Counted from the first letter of the stretch, positions 53,036-62,914 are shown. The stretch is DNA of 64,000 nt from Angustibacter luteus (GCF_039541115.1 NZ_BAABFP010000004.1:248001-312000); one strand, 5' to 3'. Made by a program: numbers and translations. Notes: generated from the letters alone by a model not told the origin.

Positions 53036-55172
53036 TCAGCGGGATGGCCAGGGTGAAGCCGACGGCCGGGATCGCCGTCCCGGAGTCGTTGACCGCGAAG
53101 CCGATGCCGAGCAGCAGCAGCAGGCAGCCCAGGCCCTGGCGCAGGGTGGGGCTGCGGTCGTAGGCCCGTTGCAGCGCACCGGCTCCGACGGACGACGGCC
53201 GCATCAGCACCAGCACCACGAACAGCGCCGCGAAGGGCACCAGGATCGACAGGACGCTGCCGAACAGGATCGACAGGTTCTGCTCGCCCTTGCGGGAGAT
53301 GACCTGCCAGGCGCCGCCGTCGATCACGGTCTGCACGAACCGGCCCAGGTGGGTCTGGCTGTCGGTCGGCCGCAGCCAGTCCAGCACCGAGACCACCGTG
53401 AGCATGGCCACCGTGCCGACGCCGATCAGGATCACCTTGCGCCAGGTCAGCCGGATGCCGAGCACCAGCAGGGTCAGCACCGCGAACGCCGGGACCATGC
53501 CCAGCGGCCCGCCGAAGTCGCTGCCCCACGCGGGGCTCACGTCCAGGGCCGTGGCGATGACGCCGATCAGCGCCACCGCGGCGGCGGCGACCTTGCGGCG
53601 TCCGGACTGGACGAAGTGGTCGGCCACCGCGATGGCGAACAGCATCGCGCCGGTGCCGAAGAGGGCGAAGGCCACGTTGGAGAAGCCGTAGAACCGCCCG
53701 GCCACCACGGGTTGCAGGCCCATCAGGCTCGAGGTCTGCAGCCGCGACCCGGTCACGATGTCGGCGGCCAGCACCAGCGACGTCAGCCCGGCGACCGCGC
53801 CGAACGGGCCGAGCAGCCGGCGGCGCCACGGGCCGAGCTGAGCGACCAGCGTCAGGGCCGTCACGTAGGCCGCGACGACCAGCACGACCATCAGCAGCGC
53901 GTGCTGGTAGCGCCACCACGGCACGGTGTTGGCCAGGTACGTCGACACCGGGACGCACGCGAACACGAGCGCGGTCCGGCGCACCAGCGTCAGCAGCCGG
54001 CGGCGCTTCGACCCGGACGCCCAGCGGTGCCGCAGCACGATCGCGGCGCCGCCGTACAGCAGCAGCTGCGCGATCACCAGGCCGTTGAAGAACGGCGCCA
54101 CCAGCTTCTGCACGCGCTGCGCGGCCTGGTCGAGGTCGCTGACCTTCTCGAGCCGGTCGGCCGCGCTGGCCGGCGCCTGCCCGGAGGCCACCGACCGGTT
54201 CGTGATGGGTGAGCCGACCAGGGTGTTCGGCTCCGGGACGTCGAGCAGGTGCAGCAGGGTCGGCGTCACGTCCGTGGCCTGCACGAGCGCCACCTGCCGG
54301 GTGGACGACGTCCACAGCCAGCCCGGCCCGTAGCCGGGACCGGTCGCCGCGCCCAGCTGCAGGTGCGGCGTCGCCCCCGCGTCAGCCAGCGACAGCACGA
54401 GGACGCGAGCGCCGTCCGGCACGGCCGCCAGCACCTGGCCGACGGCGTCGTCCACGGCCTTCACCTGCTCGGCGCGCGAGCCGTCGGTGATCGCCACGCC
54501 CTGCTCGGCCGGCCCCGGCAAGGGGTCGCCCGGGTCACGCACCGCGCCGACGTCCACGACGGTCAGCGGGCAGTCGGACGACGACAGCGCGCCGCCGAGC
54601 CCGGTCAGCGGGCTGTACCGGGCGACGGTGCCGTCACGGCGCGCCAGGGCGGCCGCCGCACCCGGCCCGACCGCGGTAGCGCACACGTCCGCCGTGGCCA
54701 GGGTGTCGCCGAGCAGACCGGGTGTGGCGTCGAACTTCTCGCCGTCCGCCTCTGTGACGTACCGCGGCCAGGTGGTCACGGTGGCGGAGCCGAGGGGGGC
54801 GACGCCGCCGCTCACCTCGACGGGCCGGCACACCCGCACCGCGGGGTCCTTCGCCTTCGGGTCGCGCTCGTCGGCGGCCCGGCGTCCGGACGAGACCGCG
54901 AGCCAGCCGTCCACCGGGCACGCAGCGGGCTTCACGCTGCGCACGGTCACGTCCCCGATCGAGCCGACCTGCGCGAGCCGCGCCAGGTTGGGGGTCGCTT
55001 GCGCCGAGACGTCCGACCACTGCACGCCGCCGGTGCCGATCAGCACGACCGGGGCGACCGGACCGGACGGCGCCGCGGCCGCGCTCGGCGCCACGGCCGC
55101 GGTCGCGGTCGCACTCAGACCCAGGGCGCTGATCCCCAGCAGAACGGCGACGAGGCGTGGTCGGATCGGCAC
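52923..55172 (-). CDS. Large membrane protein with extracytoplasmic alkaline-phosphatase-like domain
   Basis: Signal peptide, TPNL, VDDAVGQVL, DVTPTLL, then many TM helices with RFYGFSN, GSDFGG, THLGRF, VNDSG. Confidence 0.75.
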   Translation of the reverse strand: MPIRPRLVAVLLGISALGLSATATAAVAPSAAAAPSGPVAPVVLIGTGGVQWSDVSAQATPNLARLAQVGSIGDVTVRSVKPAACPVDGWLAVSSGRRAADERDPKAKDPAVRVCRPVEVSGGVAPLGSATVTTWPRYVTEADGEKFDATPGLLGDTLATADVCATAVGPGAAAALARRDGTVARYSPLTGLGGALSSSDCPLTVVDVGAVRDPGDPLPGPAEQGVAITDGSRAEQVKAVDDAVGQVLAAVPDGARVLVLSLADAGATPHLQLGAATGPGYGPGWLWTSSTRQVALVQATDVTPTLLHLLDVPEPNTLVGSPITNRSVASGQAPASAADRLEKVSDLDQAAQRVQKLVAPFFNGLVIAQLLLYGGAAIVLRHRWASGSKRRRLLTLVRRTALVFACVPVSTYLANTVPWWRYQHALLMVVLVVAAYVTALTLVAQLGPWRRRLLGPFGAVAGLTSLVLAADIVTGSRLQTSSLMGLQPVVAGRFYGFSNVAFALFGTGAMLFAIAVADHFVQSGRRKVAAAAVALIGVIATALDVSPAWGSDFGGPLGMVPAFAVLTLLVLGIRLTWRKVILIGVGTVAMLTVVSVLDWLRPTDSQTHLGRFVQTVIDGGAWQVISRKGEQNLSILFGSVLSILVPFAALFVVLVLMRPSSVGAGALQRAYDRSPTLRQGLGCLLLLLGIGFAVNDSGTAIPAVGFTLAIPLIIAASVQALEDDERRASPAPAAAPARSTEPSPGDSPA

Positions 55173-55211
55173 CTGCACAGAGTAGGGGCCCCATCGGCCA
55201 GACTGTGACCT

Positions 55212-56450
55212 GTGACCCGTGCCCCCCGCCCCGCCGTGCAGGCACTCGTCGTCGTCGCGGTCCTGGTGCTGGCCGAGCTGCCGATCGCCTGGCACTACCT
55301 GGTCACGTGGCCCGGTGACCAGTGGCAGGTGGACGTCGAGGTGTACCGCGAGGCGGCCCGTTCGGTGGTCTACGGCCGGCCCATCTACGAGCAGCTCACC
55401 GAGTCCCCGCAGCTCCTGCCGTTCACCTACCCGCCGTTCGCGGCGCTGGTGTCACTGCCGATGACGCTGGTCTCGTTCCACGCACTGGGCTGGATCTGGA
55501 CGGGGATGCAGGTCGCTGCGACGTACGCGACGGTGATGATCGCCTTCCGCCGGTTGCTCGCTCGGGTCGAGCCGTGGCGGTGGGTGGCCGGCGCCCTGGT
55601 GACGGTGCCGATGCTCTACCTGCTGCCGGTCTCGGACGGCGTCCGGTTCGGTCAGGTGAACGCGTTCCTGGTGCTCGCCTGCCTGGGTGACCTCGCGCTG
55701 CCCCTCGGGCCGTGGCACCGGGTGCGTGGGATCTGGATCGGGCTGGCGACGGCCATCAAGCTGACGCCCGGGGTGTTCTTCGTGCACTTCGCCGTGTGCC
55801 GGCGCTGGCGCGAGCTCGCCGCGGGCGTGCTGGCCGCAGCGACCGCGACCGTGGCGGCCGCGCTGGTGCTGCCGGAGGCGACGGTGGCGTTCTGGGGCGG
55901 CGCGCTCGGCGACCCGAACCGGTTGGGGCCCAACCGCGGCACGTCCAACCAGTCGCTGCGCGGGGTGCTGCTGCGGCTGGGACCGGAGGGTGCGGCCGGC
56001 ACCGCGCTGTGGCTGCTGGCCGTGCTCGTCGTCGGGGTGATCGGCTTCACGTTGGCTCGGCGCGCCTACCGGGCGGGTGACCCCATCGCGGAGGTCGCGG
56101 CCGTCGGTCTGATGGCGGTGCTGCTGTCGCCGGTGGCATGGGTGCACCACTACGCCTGGGTCGTTCTCGTGATCGCCGCGCTGGTCGGTGACGGGCGGGA
56201 CCGGCGTCGGCTCGTCTTCGCCGGGATCATCACGGCCTGGTTCCTGGCCCGGCTGCCCTGGTGGGGGATCAGCTGGGTCGCGAACGATTGGCCCGTCCTG
56301 TGGTTCGGCCGGATCCTGCAGAACTCCTACTGCCTCGGCGGTCTCCTCGCCCTCGCGCTGCTGTGGCGGGTGGTGCCGTCGCCGGGCGCCGCCGGGCGTG
56401 TCGCGCAGGATGTCCGGGACAGCGAGCAGGACATGCCACTCGGGCATTGA
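55212..56450 (+). CDS. GT87 family (alpha-1,2-mannosyltransferase-like) membrane glycosyltransferase
   Basis: DVEVYR, LPFTYPPFAAL, FGQVN, AIKLTP, NQSL, SPVAWVHH. Confidence 0.88.
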   Translation: MTRAPRPAVQALVVVAVLVLAELPIAWHYLVTWPGDQWQVDVEVYREAARSVVYGRPIYEQLTESPQLLPFTYPPFAALVSLPMTLVSFHALGWIWTGMQVAATYATVMIAFRRLLARVEPWRWVAGALVTVPMLYLLPVSDGVRFGQVNAFLVLACLGDLALPLGPWHRVRGIWIGLATAIKLTPGVFFVHFAVCRRWRELAAGVLAAATATVAAALVLPEATVAFWGGALGDPNRLGPNRGTSNQSLRGVLLRLGPEGAAGTALWLLAVLVVGVIGFTLARRAYRAGDPIAEVAAVGLMAVLLSPVAWVHHYAWVVLVIAALVGDGRDRRRLVFAGIITAWFLARLPWWGISWVANDWPVLWFGRILQNSYCLGGLLALALLWRVVPSPGAAGRVAQDVRDSEQDMPLGH

Positions 56451-56502
56451 GGTGCCCGTGCGGCATGGACCGCTCCGACGTGGGCGCTTCCGGCGCGCCC
56501 GG

Positions 56503-57246
56503 TCAGCCGCCGAAGTCCTGCGTCCAGTAGACGCCGTAGCTGCCGCCCCGGGCGACACCGACCCCGAGCTTGCTGAAGCCGCAGTTGAGGATGTTGGCGC
56601 GGTGCCCCGGGCTGTTCATCCACGAGTCCATCACCGCGGCGGGGCTGCGCTGACCGGCGGCGATGTTCTCGCCCAGCAACCCGCCCGAGTACCCCGCGGC
56701 GTGGATGCGCTGGTCGAAGGTCCGCCCGTCCTGGGACACGTGCGAGAAGTAGTCGTGCGTCGCCATGTCGGTGCTGTGGCCGACGGCGGCGCGGGTGAGC
56801 GCGGCGTCCGAGGTGACGGGTCGGCACCCCGCCGTGGACCGTGCCGTGTTCACCAGGGCGAGCACCGCGCTCGCCTCGGACGTCGACGGGGTGGTGCTGC
56901 GCGGCGGTGAGGTGGCGCGGGGCCCGCTGGTGGCGTGGGGCGTGCGGGTGGCCCGCGGCTTGGCGCTGGCTGCGGGCGTGGCAGCGGCGCGGACCTTGGC
57001 CCGGGCCGGGGGCTTCGCCGTGGCGGTCGGGCGCGGGGTCGGTGATACCGACGGGCTGCTCGTCGCCCGGCTCGTCGTGGTCGTGGTCGTGGTCGTGGTG
57101 GCGGCGAGGCGGTCGGCGGCCGGCGCGAGCGCGTCGTCCGGTCGGGTGGCGAGGTAGCCGAGGGACGACGCGACGCACAGCACGACGACGCCGGCCAGGG
57201 CAGCGGCGACGCGGCCACGAGGTCCTGCGGGGGTGTCCGGACGCAT
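56503..57246 (-). CDS. CAP (SCP-like) domain protein
   Basis: TM and T/A/P linker; LVNTARSTAGC, HSTDMA, FSH, GENIA, WMNSPGHRANIL, YWTQDFG. Confidence 0.9.
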   Translation of the reverse strand: MRPDTPAGPRGRVAAALAGVVVLCVASSLGYLATRPDDALAPAADRLAATTTTTTTTTSRATSSPSVSPTPRPTATAKPPARAKVRAAATPAASAKPRATRTPHATSGPRATSPPRSTTPSTSEASAVLALVNTARSTAGCRPVTSDAALTRAAVGHSTDMATHDYFSHVSQDGRTFDQRIHAAGYSGGLLGENIAAGQRSPAAVMDSWMNSPGHRANILNCGFSKLGVGVARGGSYGVYWTQDFGG

Positions 57247-57292
57247 CCGGACGATCTTGCACTACCGGGACAGATCACTCAACCGCAGCGGC

Positions 57293-58090
57293 TCAGGACT
57301 GCTGCCCCAGTGCCTTGGCCTCCTCCTGCTCGGCCGCCGCGTTCCAGTCCCGCTTCGAGGACTGCCAGCCGTCCTCGTTCAGCCCCACGCGCCAGTAGCC
57401 CGAGATGGACTGCTGGGTCCGGTCGATCCCGCGGTCGATCCGCAGGTGGGCGCGCAGCTCCTTGACGAAGGTCGCCTCGCCGTGGACGAAGAACTGACCG
57501 CGGCCGGGTGGGAACGCCGCCGCCTTCACCTGGTCCACCAGCAGCGCACCGACTTTGCGGTCCTCGCGGTGCAGCCACACGACGTCCACCTCGGCGGCCG
57601 ACTCGATCGGCTGCTGGTCGGCGGCGTCCGGCACCTCGATGAAGGCGGTCGCGGTGGCCCCGGCGGGCAGCGCCTCCAGCGCGGCCGCGATGGCCGGCAG
57701 GGCGCTCTCGTCGCCGGCGAGCAGGTGCCAGTCCGCCGCCGGGTCCGGCGCGTAGCCGCCACCCGGACCGTTGAACAGGATCTCGTCGCCGGGCTGCGCG
57801 TTCGCGGCCCACGGCCCGGCGACGCCCTCGTCCCCGTGCACCACGAAGTCGATGGCGAGCTCGCGGCGCTCGGCGTCCCACCTGCGCACCGTGTAGGTGC
57901 GCACGAGCGGCCGCTCCTGCCCCGAGTCGAAGAGCAGCTTCACGTAGTGGTCGGTGTACTCGCCGGCGGCGAACCGGTCGAGGCCGGCGCCGCCGAGGAC
58001 GACGCGCACCAGGTGCGGGGAGACCTGCTCGGTGCGCAGCACCACGCCGTGGTGCGGGTCGGGGCGCGGGCGGCGAGGTTGCTCGGTCAC
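57293..58090 (-). CDS. Siderophore-interacting protein (FAD-dependent ferric reductase)
   Basis: DHYVKL, RTYTVR, IDFVVHG, GPGG, GDESALPAI, SISGYWR. Confidence 0.92.
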   Translation of the reverse strand: MTEQPRRPRPDPHHGVVLRTEQVSPHLVRVVLGGAGLDRFAAGEYTDHYVKLLFDSGQERPLVRTYTVRRWDAERRELAIDFVVHGDEGVAGPWAANAQPGDEILFNGPGGGYAPDPAADWHLLAGDESALPAIAAALEALPAGATATAFIEVPDAADQQPIESAAEVDVVWLHREDRKVGALLVDQVKAAAFPPGRGQFFVHGEATFVKELRAHLRIDRGIDRTQQSISGYWRVGLNEDGWQSSKRDWNAAAEQEEAKALGQQS

Positions 58091-58119
58091 GAGGTTGGAG
58101 CCTTTCGGAGAGTGCGGGA

Positions 58120-58737
58120 TCAGATGGGCAGGTCGACGCCGGCGGCTTGCAGCGCGCAGATCGCGGCCAGCAGCAGGCAGACCCCGCCGCCGATCCGTTG
58201 CACGGTGGCCAGCCTGACCCGGCGGAGCAGCGCCCGGCCGGCGACCGCCCCGAGCGCGGAGACCAGCAGCAGGCCGACCCAGGCGCCGACGAACACCGAG
58301 AGCGGGTCCTTCGTGCGGACCACCAGGCCGGCGGTGAGCAGCTGCGACAGGTCGCCCCACTCGGCCACGAACAGCACGGTGAAGCTCGCCACGACGGCGC
58401 GCCAGCCGGTGGCTGCCTTCGTGACCTTGGCGCCGAACTCGGCCTCGGTCTCGGCCTCCTCCTCGTCGGCCTTCTTCGCCCCGCGCAGCAGGACGATGCC
58501 GCCGATCAGGAACATCACCGCGGCGAACGCCACCACCGGTCGGTGCGGCAGGCGCGAGATCAGCCCACCGGCCGTGACGGCCACCAGGGTCTGCACGAAG
58601 AACGCGAGCCCGACGCCGATCCAGACCAGCAACGGCCGGTACCGGGTGGCCAGCACCAGGGTGGCGACGAAGGTCTTGTCGGGGAGCTCGACGGGCACGA
58701 TGAGGATCAGCGCCGTCAGTGCCACGGTCAGATCCAC
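58120..58737 (-). CDS. TMEM165/GDT1 (UPF0016) family cation transporter
   Basis: Two signature copies ELPDKT and EWGDLSQ; about six TM helices. Confidence 0.9.
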   Translation of the reverse strand: MDLTVALTALILIVPVELPDKTFVATLVLATRYRPLLVWIGVGLAFFVQTLVAVTAGGLISRLPHRPVVAFAAVMFLIGGIVLLRGAKKADEEEAETEAEFGAKVTKAATGWRAVVASFTVLFVAEWGDLSQLLTAGLVVRTKDPLSVFVGAWVGLLLVSALGAVAGRALLRRVRLATVQRIGGGVCLLLAAICALQAAGVDLPI

Positions 58738-58750
58738 GCGGACCAGCCTT

Positions 58751-59923
58751 TCACGCGAGCAGGTCGGTCGCCGCCGCGGTCGCGTGGGCCAGGACGACCT
58801 TGAGCGGGACGCCGGTCGCCGCCGCCACCGCGAGGACGTCGTCGTGCTCGGGCTGGGCGTTGACCACCCGGCCGTCCAGGTGGGCCAGCTTGACCCGCAC
58901 CGGGTGCCCGTCGACGTCCACGGTCGTCTCGGTCCGCGAGAGCGCGGTCTTGCCCACCGGGACGACCCGCAGGCCGATCGCGCTGGTCTCGGTGAAGACG
59001 GTGCGCTCGAGCTCAGCCTGCACGGCAGAGTCGTTCGGGCACAGCACGTGCAGCGTGTGCGCCGGGCGCCCCTTCTTCATCAGGATCGGGGTGAGCCAGG
59101 CGTCGGAGGCGCCGGCGTCGAGCAGCCGGGCGAGCACCTGCGGCCACACCCGCGGGTCCAGGTCGTCGACGTTCGTCTCGAGCACCACGGCAACACTGCT
59201 CACGGACCCGCTGTCACCGCGCACCAACCGCAGCGCGCCGTGCCGGCCGGGGAGCACCCGTGAGCCGGCACCGGCGCCGGTGCCGGTCACCGCCATCGCG
59301 GGCATCGGGCCGTACCCGTCCGCCAACGTGGTGAGCAGGGCCGCGCCCGTGGGGGTGCAGAGCTCGACGTCCACCGGGCCGCCGTGGGCCGGCGCACCCG
59401 CCCCGGTGAGCAGGTGCAGCACCGCCGGCACCGGAACCGGGATCTCGCCGTGCGCGCTGCGCGCCGTCCCACCGCCGAGTGCGATCGGACCCACCGTGAC
59501 CCGGTCGCCGAGCCAGCCGAACCCCGCGCACACCCCGACGACGTCCCCGATCGCGTCGTGCGCGCCGACCTCGTGGAAGTGCACGTCGTCCGCGCCGGTG
59601 CCGTGCACCCGGCCCTCGGCCTCGGCCAGCCGGGCGAACGCCGCGTGCGCGGTGGCACGCACCGCGTCGTCGAGGTCGGCGCCGTCCAGCAGTTCGCGGA
59701 CGTCGGCCCAGGTGCGGTGCGGGACGTCGTCCTCGACCCCGCGCACGTGCGCGCGACCGACCGCGAAGCCGTGCCGCACCTCGCGGTCGAACGTGATCTC
59801 GACGGGCGCGACGGCCCGGGCGGCGTCGGCCATCACCTCGGCCGGGACGCCCAGGTCGTGCAGCGCGGCGAGCAGCATGTCGCCGCTGGCGCCGGACGAG
59901 GCGTCGACCCAGACGTCTCCCAT
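58751..59923 (-). CDS. larC: Nickel-pincer cofactor biosynthesis protein LarC
   Basis: GASGDMLL, AEGRVHG...VHFHEVG..DAIGD, AHGEIPVPVPA, ELCTPTG, ETNVDD, MKKGRP, ETSAIGLR, PEHDD. Confidence 0.93.
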   Translation of the reverse strand: MGDVWVDASSGASGDMLLAALHDLGVPAEVMADAARAVAPVEITFDREVRHGFAVGRAHVRGVEDDVPHRTWADVRELLDGADLDDAVRATAHAAFARLAEAEGRVHGTGADDVHFHEVGAHDAIGDVVGVCAGFGWLGDRVTVGPIALGGGTARSAHGEIPVPVPAVLHLLTGAGAPAHGGPVDVELCTPTGAALLTTLADGYGPMPAMAVTGTGAGAGSRVLPGRHGALRLVRGDSGSVSSVAVVLETNVDDLDPRVWPQVLARLLDAGASDAWLTPILMKKGRPAHTLHVLCPNDSAVQAELERTVFTETSAIGLRVVPVGKTALSRTETTVDVDGHPVRVKLAHLDGRVVNAQPEHDDVLAVAAATGVPLKVVLAHATAAATDLLA

Positions 59924-60645
59924 CAGACGGCGTCCCGGGGCCGCGCGCGCCGGGCGATCCGGGCCGCGTGCACGCCGGCGCCGTAGCCGTTGTCGACGTT
60001 CACCACGGCGATCCCGGGCGCGCAGGAGTTGAGCATGGCCAGGAGCGCGGCCAGGCCGCCGGCGCCGGTGCCGTAGCCGATGGAGGTGGGGACGGCCACG
60101 AGCGGGACGCCGGTCAACCCGCCGACCACGCTCGGCAGGGCGCCCTCCATGCCCGCGACGACGATGAGCGCGTCGGCGTCGTCCAGCCGGTCCCGGACCG
60201 CGAGCAGCCGGTGCAGCCCGGCCACGCCCACGTCGTCCACCCGCTCGGCGCTCGTGCCGTGCACCCGCGCGGTGATCATCGCCTCGGCGGCGACCGGGGC
60301 GTCGGACGTGCCCGCGGCGACCACCAGGACCCGCCCGCTCGGCGTGGGCAGCGGGCCGAGGACGGCGGTGCGCGAGACGTCGTCGACGTCCGCGTCCGGC
60401 AGGGCGAGCCGGATCGCGTCGCGCGCCTCGCCGTCCAGCCGGGTGGCGAGGATGGCGCGCTCGGGGTGGCTGGCGTGCAGCGTGGTCAGGGCCCCGACGA
60501 TCTGCTCCGGCGTCTTGCCCTGGCCGAACACGACCTCGGGGTCGCCCGTGCGGCGGGCGCGGTCGACGTCCAGGCGCGCGAAACCGACGTCGACGTAGCC
60601 GACGCCTGCGGTGGGGGCGTCCTCGTGGGGCGGGTGCTCGGGCAC
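59923..60645 (-). CDS. larB: Nickel-pincer cofactor biosynthesis protein LarB
   Basis: RTGDPEVVFGQGKT, AGTSD, DVGVAGLHRL, AGMEGALPSVVGGL, VPTSIGYG, MLNSCAPG, VVNVDNGYGA. Confidence 0.94.
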   Translation of the reverse strand: MPEHPPHEDAPTAGVGYVDVGFARLDVDRARRTGDPEVVFGQGKTPEQIVGALTTLHASHPERAILATRLDGEARDAIRLALPDADVDDVSRTAVLGPLPTPSGRVLVVAAGTSDAPVAAEAMITARVHGTSAERVDDVGVAGLHRLLAVRDRLDDADALIVVAGMEGALPSVVGGLTGVPLVAVPTSIGYGTGAGGLAALLAMLNSCAPGIAVVNVDNGYGAGVHAARIARRARPRDAV

Positions 60646-60690
60646 AGGCAGAGGGTACGTGGCGCGCCGCTGCCGCGTAGGCTCCGGGGC

Positions 60691-61242
60691 GTGCTCGCCC
60701 TCCCCCTCGCTGCTGACGCCGTGCTCGATCCCGCCCCGACCAGCTGGGTCGCGGTGGCGGCTGCGGTCGTCGCGGTGCTGGCGCTGCTCATCGCGATCGG
60801 GGCGCAGCTGCGGCTGAGCCGGATCAAGCGGGGGCTTCGCGTGCTGCGCGGGCACTCCGGCGAGGGCGACGTGCTCGAGGTCGCCACCAAGCACGCCGCC
60901 GAGGTGAGCCTGCTGCGCGAGCAGGTCGAGCGTCAGCAGGCCGAGCTCGCCCGGATCAGCACGGACGTCGCCGCCAGCCTGCGGCACGTCGCCGTCGTCC
61001 GCTTCGACGCCTTCGGCGACATGGGCGGGCGGATGTCGTTCTCCGCTGCTGTCGTGGACGACGCCGGCGACGGGCTCGTCATCACGGCGATCCACGGTCG
61101 CGGCGAGACGCGCTCCTACGCGAAGGGGCTGGTGGGCGGGGCGTCCGAGCACACGCTGAGCCCCGAGGAGCAGCAGGCGGTCGACGCTGCGCGCACCGAG
61201 AAGACCGAGAAGCAGGGGTCCGACAAGAAGGCCCGCCGATGA
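60691..61242 (+). CDS. DUF4446 family protein
   Basis: TM and coiled coil, then VVRFDAFGDMGGRMSFS...GLVITAIHGR.ETRSYAK...LSPEE. Confidence 0.85.
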   Translation: MLALPLAADAVLDPAPTSWVAVAAAVVAVLALLIAIGAQLRLSRIKRGLRVLRGHSGEGDVLEVATKHAAEVSLLREQVERQQAELARISTDVAASLRHVAVVRFDAFGDMGGRMSFSAAVVDDAGDGLVITAIHGRGETRSYAKGLVGGASEHTLSPEEQQAVDAARTEKTEKQGSDKKARR

Positions 61243-62183
61243 CCGCCGTGCCGGCCGGGGCCGAGTACGGCTACCTCGGTCCCGCGGGCACGTTTACCGA
61301 GGCGGCGCTGCTGCAGGTGCTCCCCGAGGACGCGGTGGCCCGACCCATGCCGAGCGTGGACGCCGCCCTGGCCGCGGTGCGCTCCGGCGACCTCGCCGCC
61401 GCCGTGGTGCCGATCGAGAACTCCGTCGAGGGTGGGGTCAGCGCGACGCTGGACGCGCTCGCGAACGGGTCCGCGCTGCGGGTCACCCGCGAGATGCTCG
61501 TGCCGGTCACCTTCGTGCTGGCCGCGCGCGCTGGGACGGCGCTCGCCGACGTCCGGCGGGTCGCCTCGCACCCGCACGGGTGGGCGCAGTGCCGTGGCTG
61601 GGTGGGCTCGCACCTGCCCGAGGCCGTGTACGTGCCGGCGCTGTCCACGGCCGGGGCCGCGGAGGGATTGGCCGTCGACCCGGACGCCCCGTACGACGCG
61701 GCGCTGTGCGCACCCCTGGCGGCGCAACGGTTCGGGCTCTCGGTGCTGGCCACCGACGTCGGCGACAACGCCGCCGCGGTGACCCGCTTCGTCCTGGTGC
61801 AGCGGCCCGGGGCGGTGGCGGCGCCGACCGGCGCGGACAAGACGTCGCTCGTGGTGTTCCAGCGCGACGACCACCCCGGTGGCCTGCTGGAGATGCTGGA
61901 GCAGTTCGCGACGCGGGGGATCAACCTGTCCCGCATCGAGTCCCGGCCGACCGGGGAGTCGTTGGGGCAGTACTGCTTCTCGATCGACTGCGAGGGCCAC
62001 ATCGGCGAGGCGCGGGTCGGCGAGGCGCTGATGGGACTGCACCGGACCTGCCGCGAGGTCCGCTGGCTCGGGTCCTACCCGCGGGCCGACGCCAAGGCCA
62101 TCACCGTCACGGTCTCGACCACCGACCAGGCCTTCGGCGACGCCGGCGACTGGCTCACCCGGCTCCGTTCCGGCGAGGCCTGA
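61239..62183 (+). CDS. pheA: Prephenate dehydratase
   Basis: YLGPAGTFT, VPIENSVEG, TRF, KTS, INLSRIESRP, LGSYP. Confidence 0.95.
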   Translation: MTAVPAGAEYGYLGPAGTFTEAALLQVLPEDAVARPMPSVDAALAAVRSGDLAAAVVPIENSVEGGVSATLDALANGSALRVTREMLVPVTFVLAARAGTALADVRRVASHPHGWAQCRGWVGSHLPEAVYVPALSTAGAAEGLAVDPDAPYDAALCAPLAAQRFGLSVLATDVGDNAAAVTRFVLVQRPGAVAAPTGADKTSLVVFQRDDHPGGLLEMLEQFATRGINLSRIESRPTGESLGQYCFSIDCEGHIGEARVGEALMGLHRTCREVRWLGSYPRADAKAITVTVSTTDQAFGDAGDWLTRLRSGEA

Positions 62184-62197
62184 CGCAAGGGTGGGGG

Positions 62198-62914
62198 TTA
62201 GGCGCGCTGCAGGGCCCGGCGTGCGATGAGCATGCAGATCAGCCCGTTCAGCATCCCGAAGGTCACGTCGGACGGGTGGTGCATGCCGCGGTAGAGCCGG
62301 GCCGTCGCCACCGCGAACGGGATGATCGCGAAGCCGACCCCGAACAGCACCCGCAGCCACCGCCGCTCGAACTGCGTCGCGCAGATGATGGCGAGCCCGA
62401 AGTACAGGGCGGACGACGCGCCGGTGTGCCCCGAGGGGAAGGACGACGTCGGGGGCGACTCGTCAAGCTTGGGGACGTCGGGGCGCTTGCGGTCGATCAT
62501 GATCGTCACCAGCAGGAACACCAGCGCCTGCATCGAGACACCGACGATCAGCGCCACCGGCTCACGCAGCCGCCCGCTGAGCCGCCAGATGATGAACGCC
62601 GAGACGAACATCCCGATGATGATCGTGCTGGTGTTGCCCAGGTGCGAGACGACGAGCGTGATGTCGTTCCAGCCCGGCGTCCGGTGCGAGGCGAACCAGC
62701 GGTTGACGCCGTCCTCCCCCGAGATCGAGTCCTTCAGCTGGTGGCCGACGAGGTAGCCGACCCCGCAGAGGATGACGAACCAGCCGGCCACCGGCAGCAG
62801 CACCTGGAGGGCGAGCACGGAGGCCAGCCGCCCGGCCGGGGGCAGCGAGCCGTCCGCCGGCTCGAGCCGGGGGTTGCGCGAACGCGTCGTCCCGGGGTCG
62901 ACGAGTCCGGTCAT
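62198..62914 (-). CDS. PAP2 family phosphatase
   Basis: RKRP, SFPSGH, ARLYRGMHHPSDV. Confidence 0.9.
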   Translation of the reverse strand: MTGLVDPGTTRSRNPRLEPADGSLPPAGRLASVLALQVLLPVAGWFVILCGVGYLVGHQLKDSISGEDGVNRWFASHRTPGWNDITLVVSHLGNTSTIIIGMFVSAFIIWRLSGRLREPVALIVGVSMQALVFLLVTIMIDRKRPDVPKLDESPPTSSFPSGHTGASSALYFGLAIICATQFERRWLRVLFGVGFAIIPFAVATARLYRGMHHPSDVTFGMLNGLICMLIARRALQRA

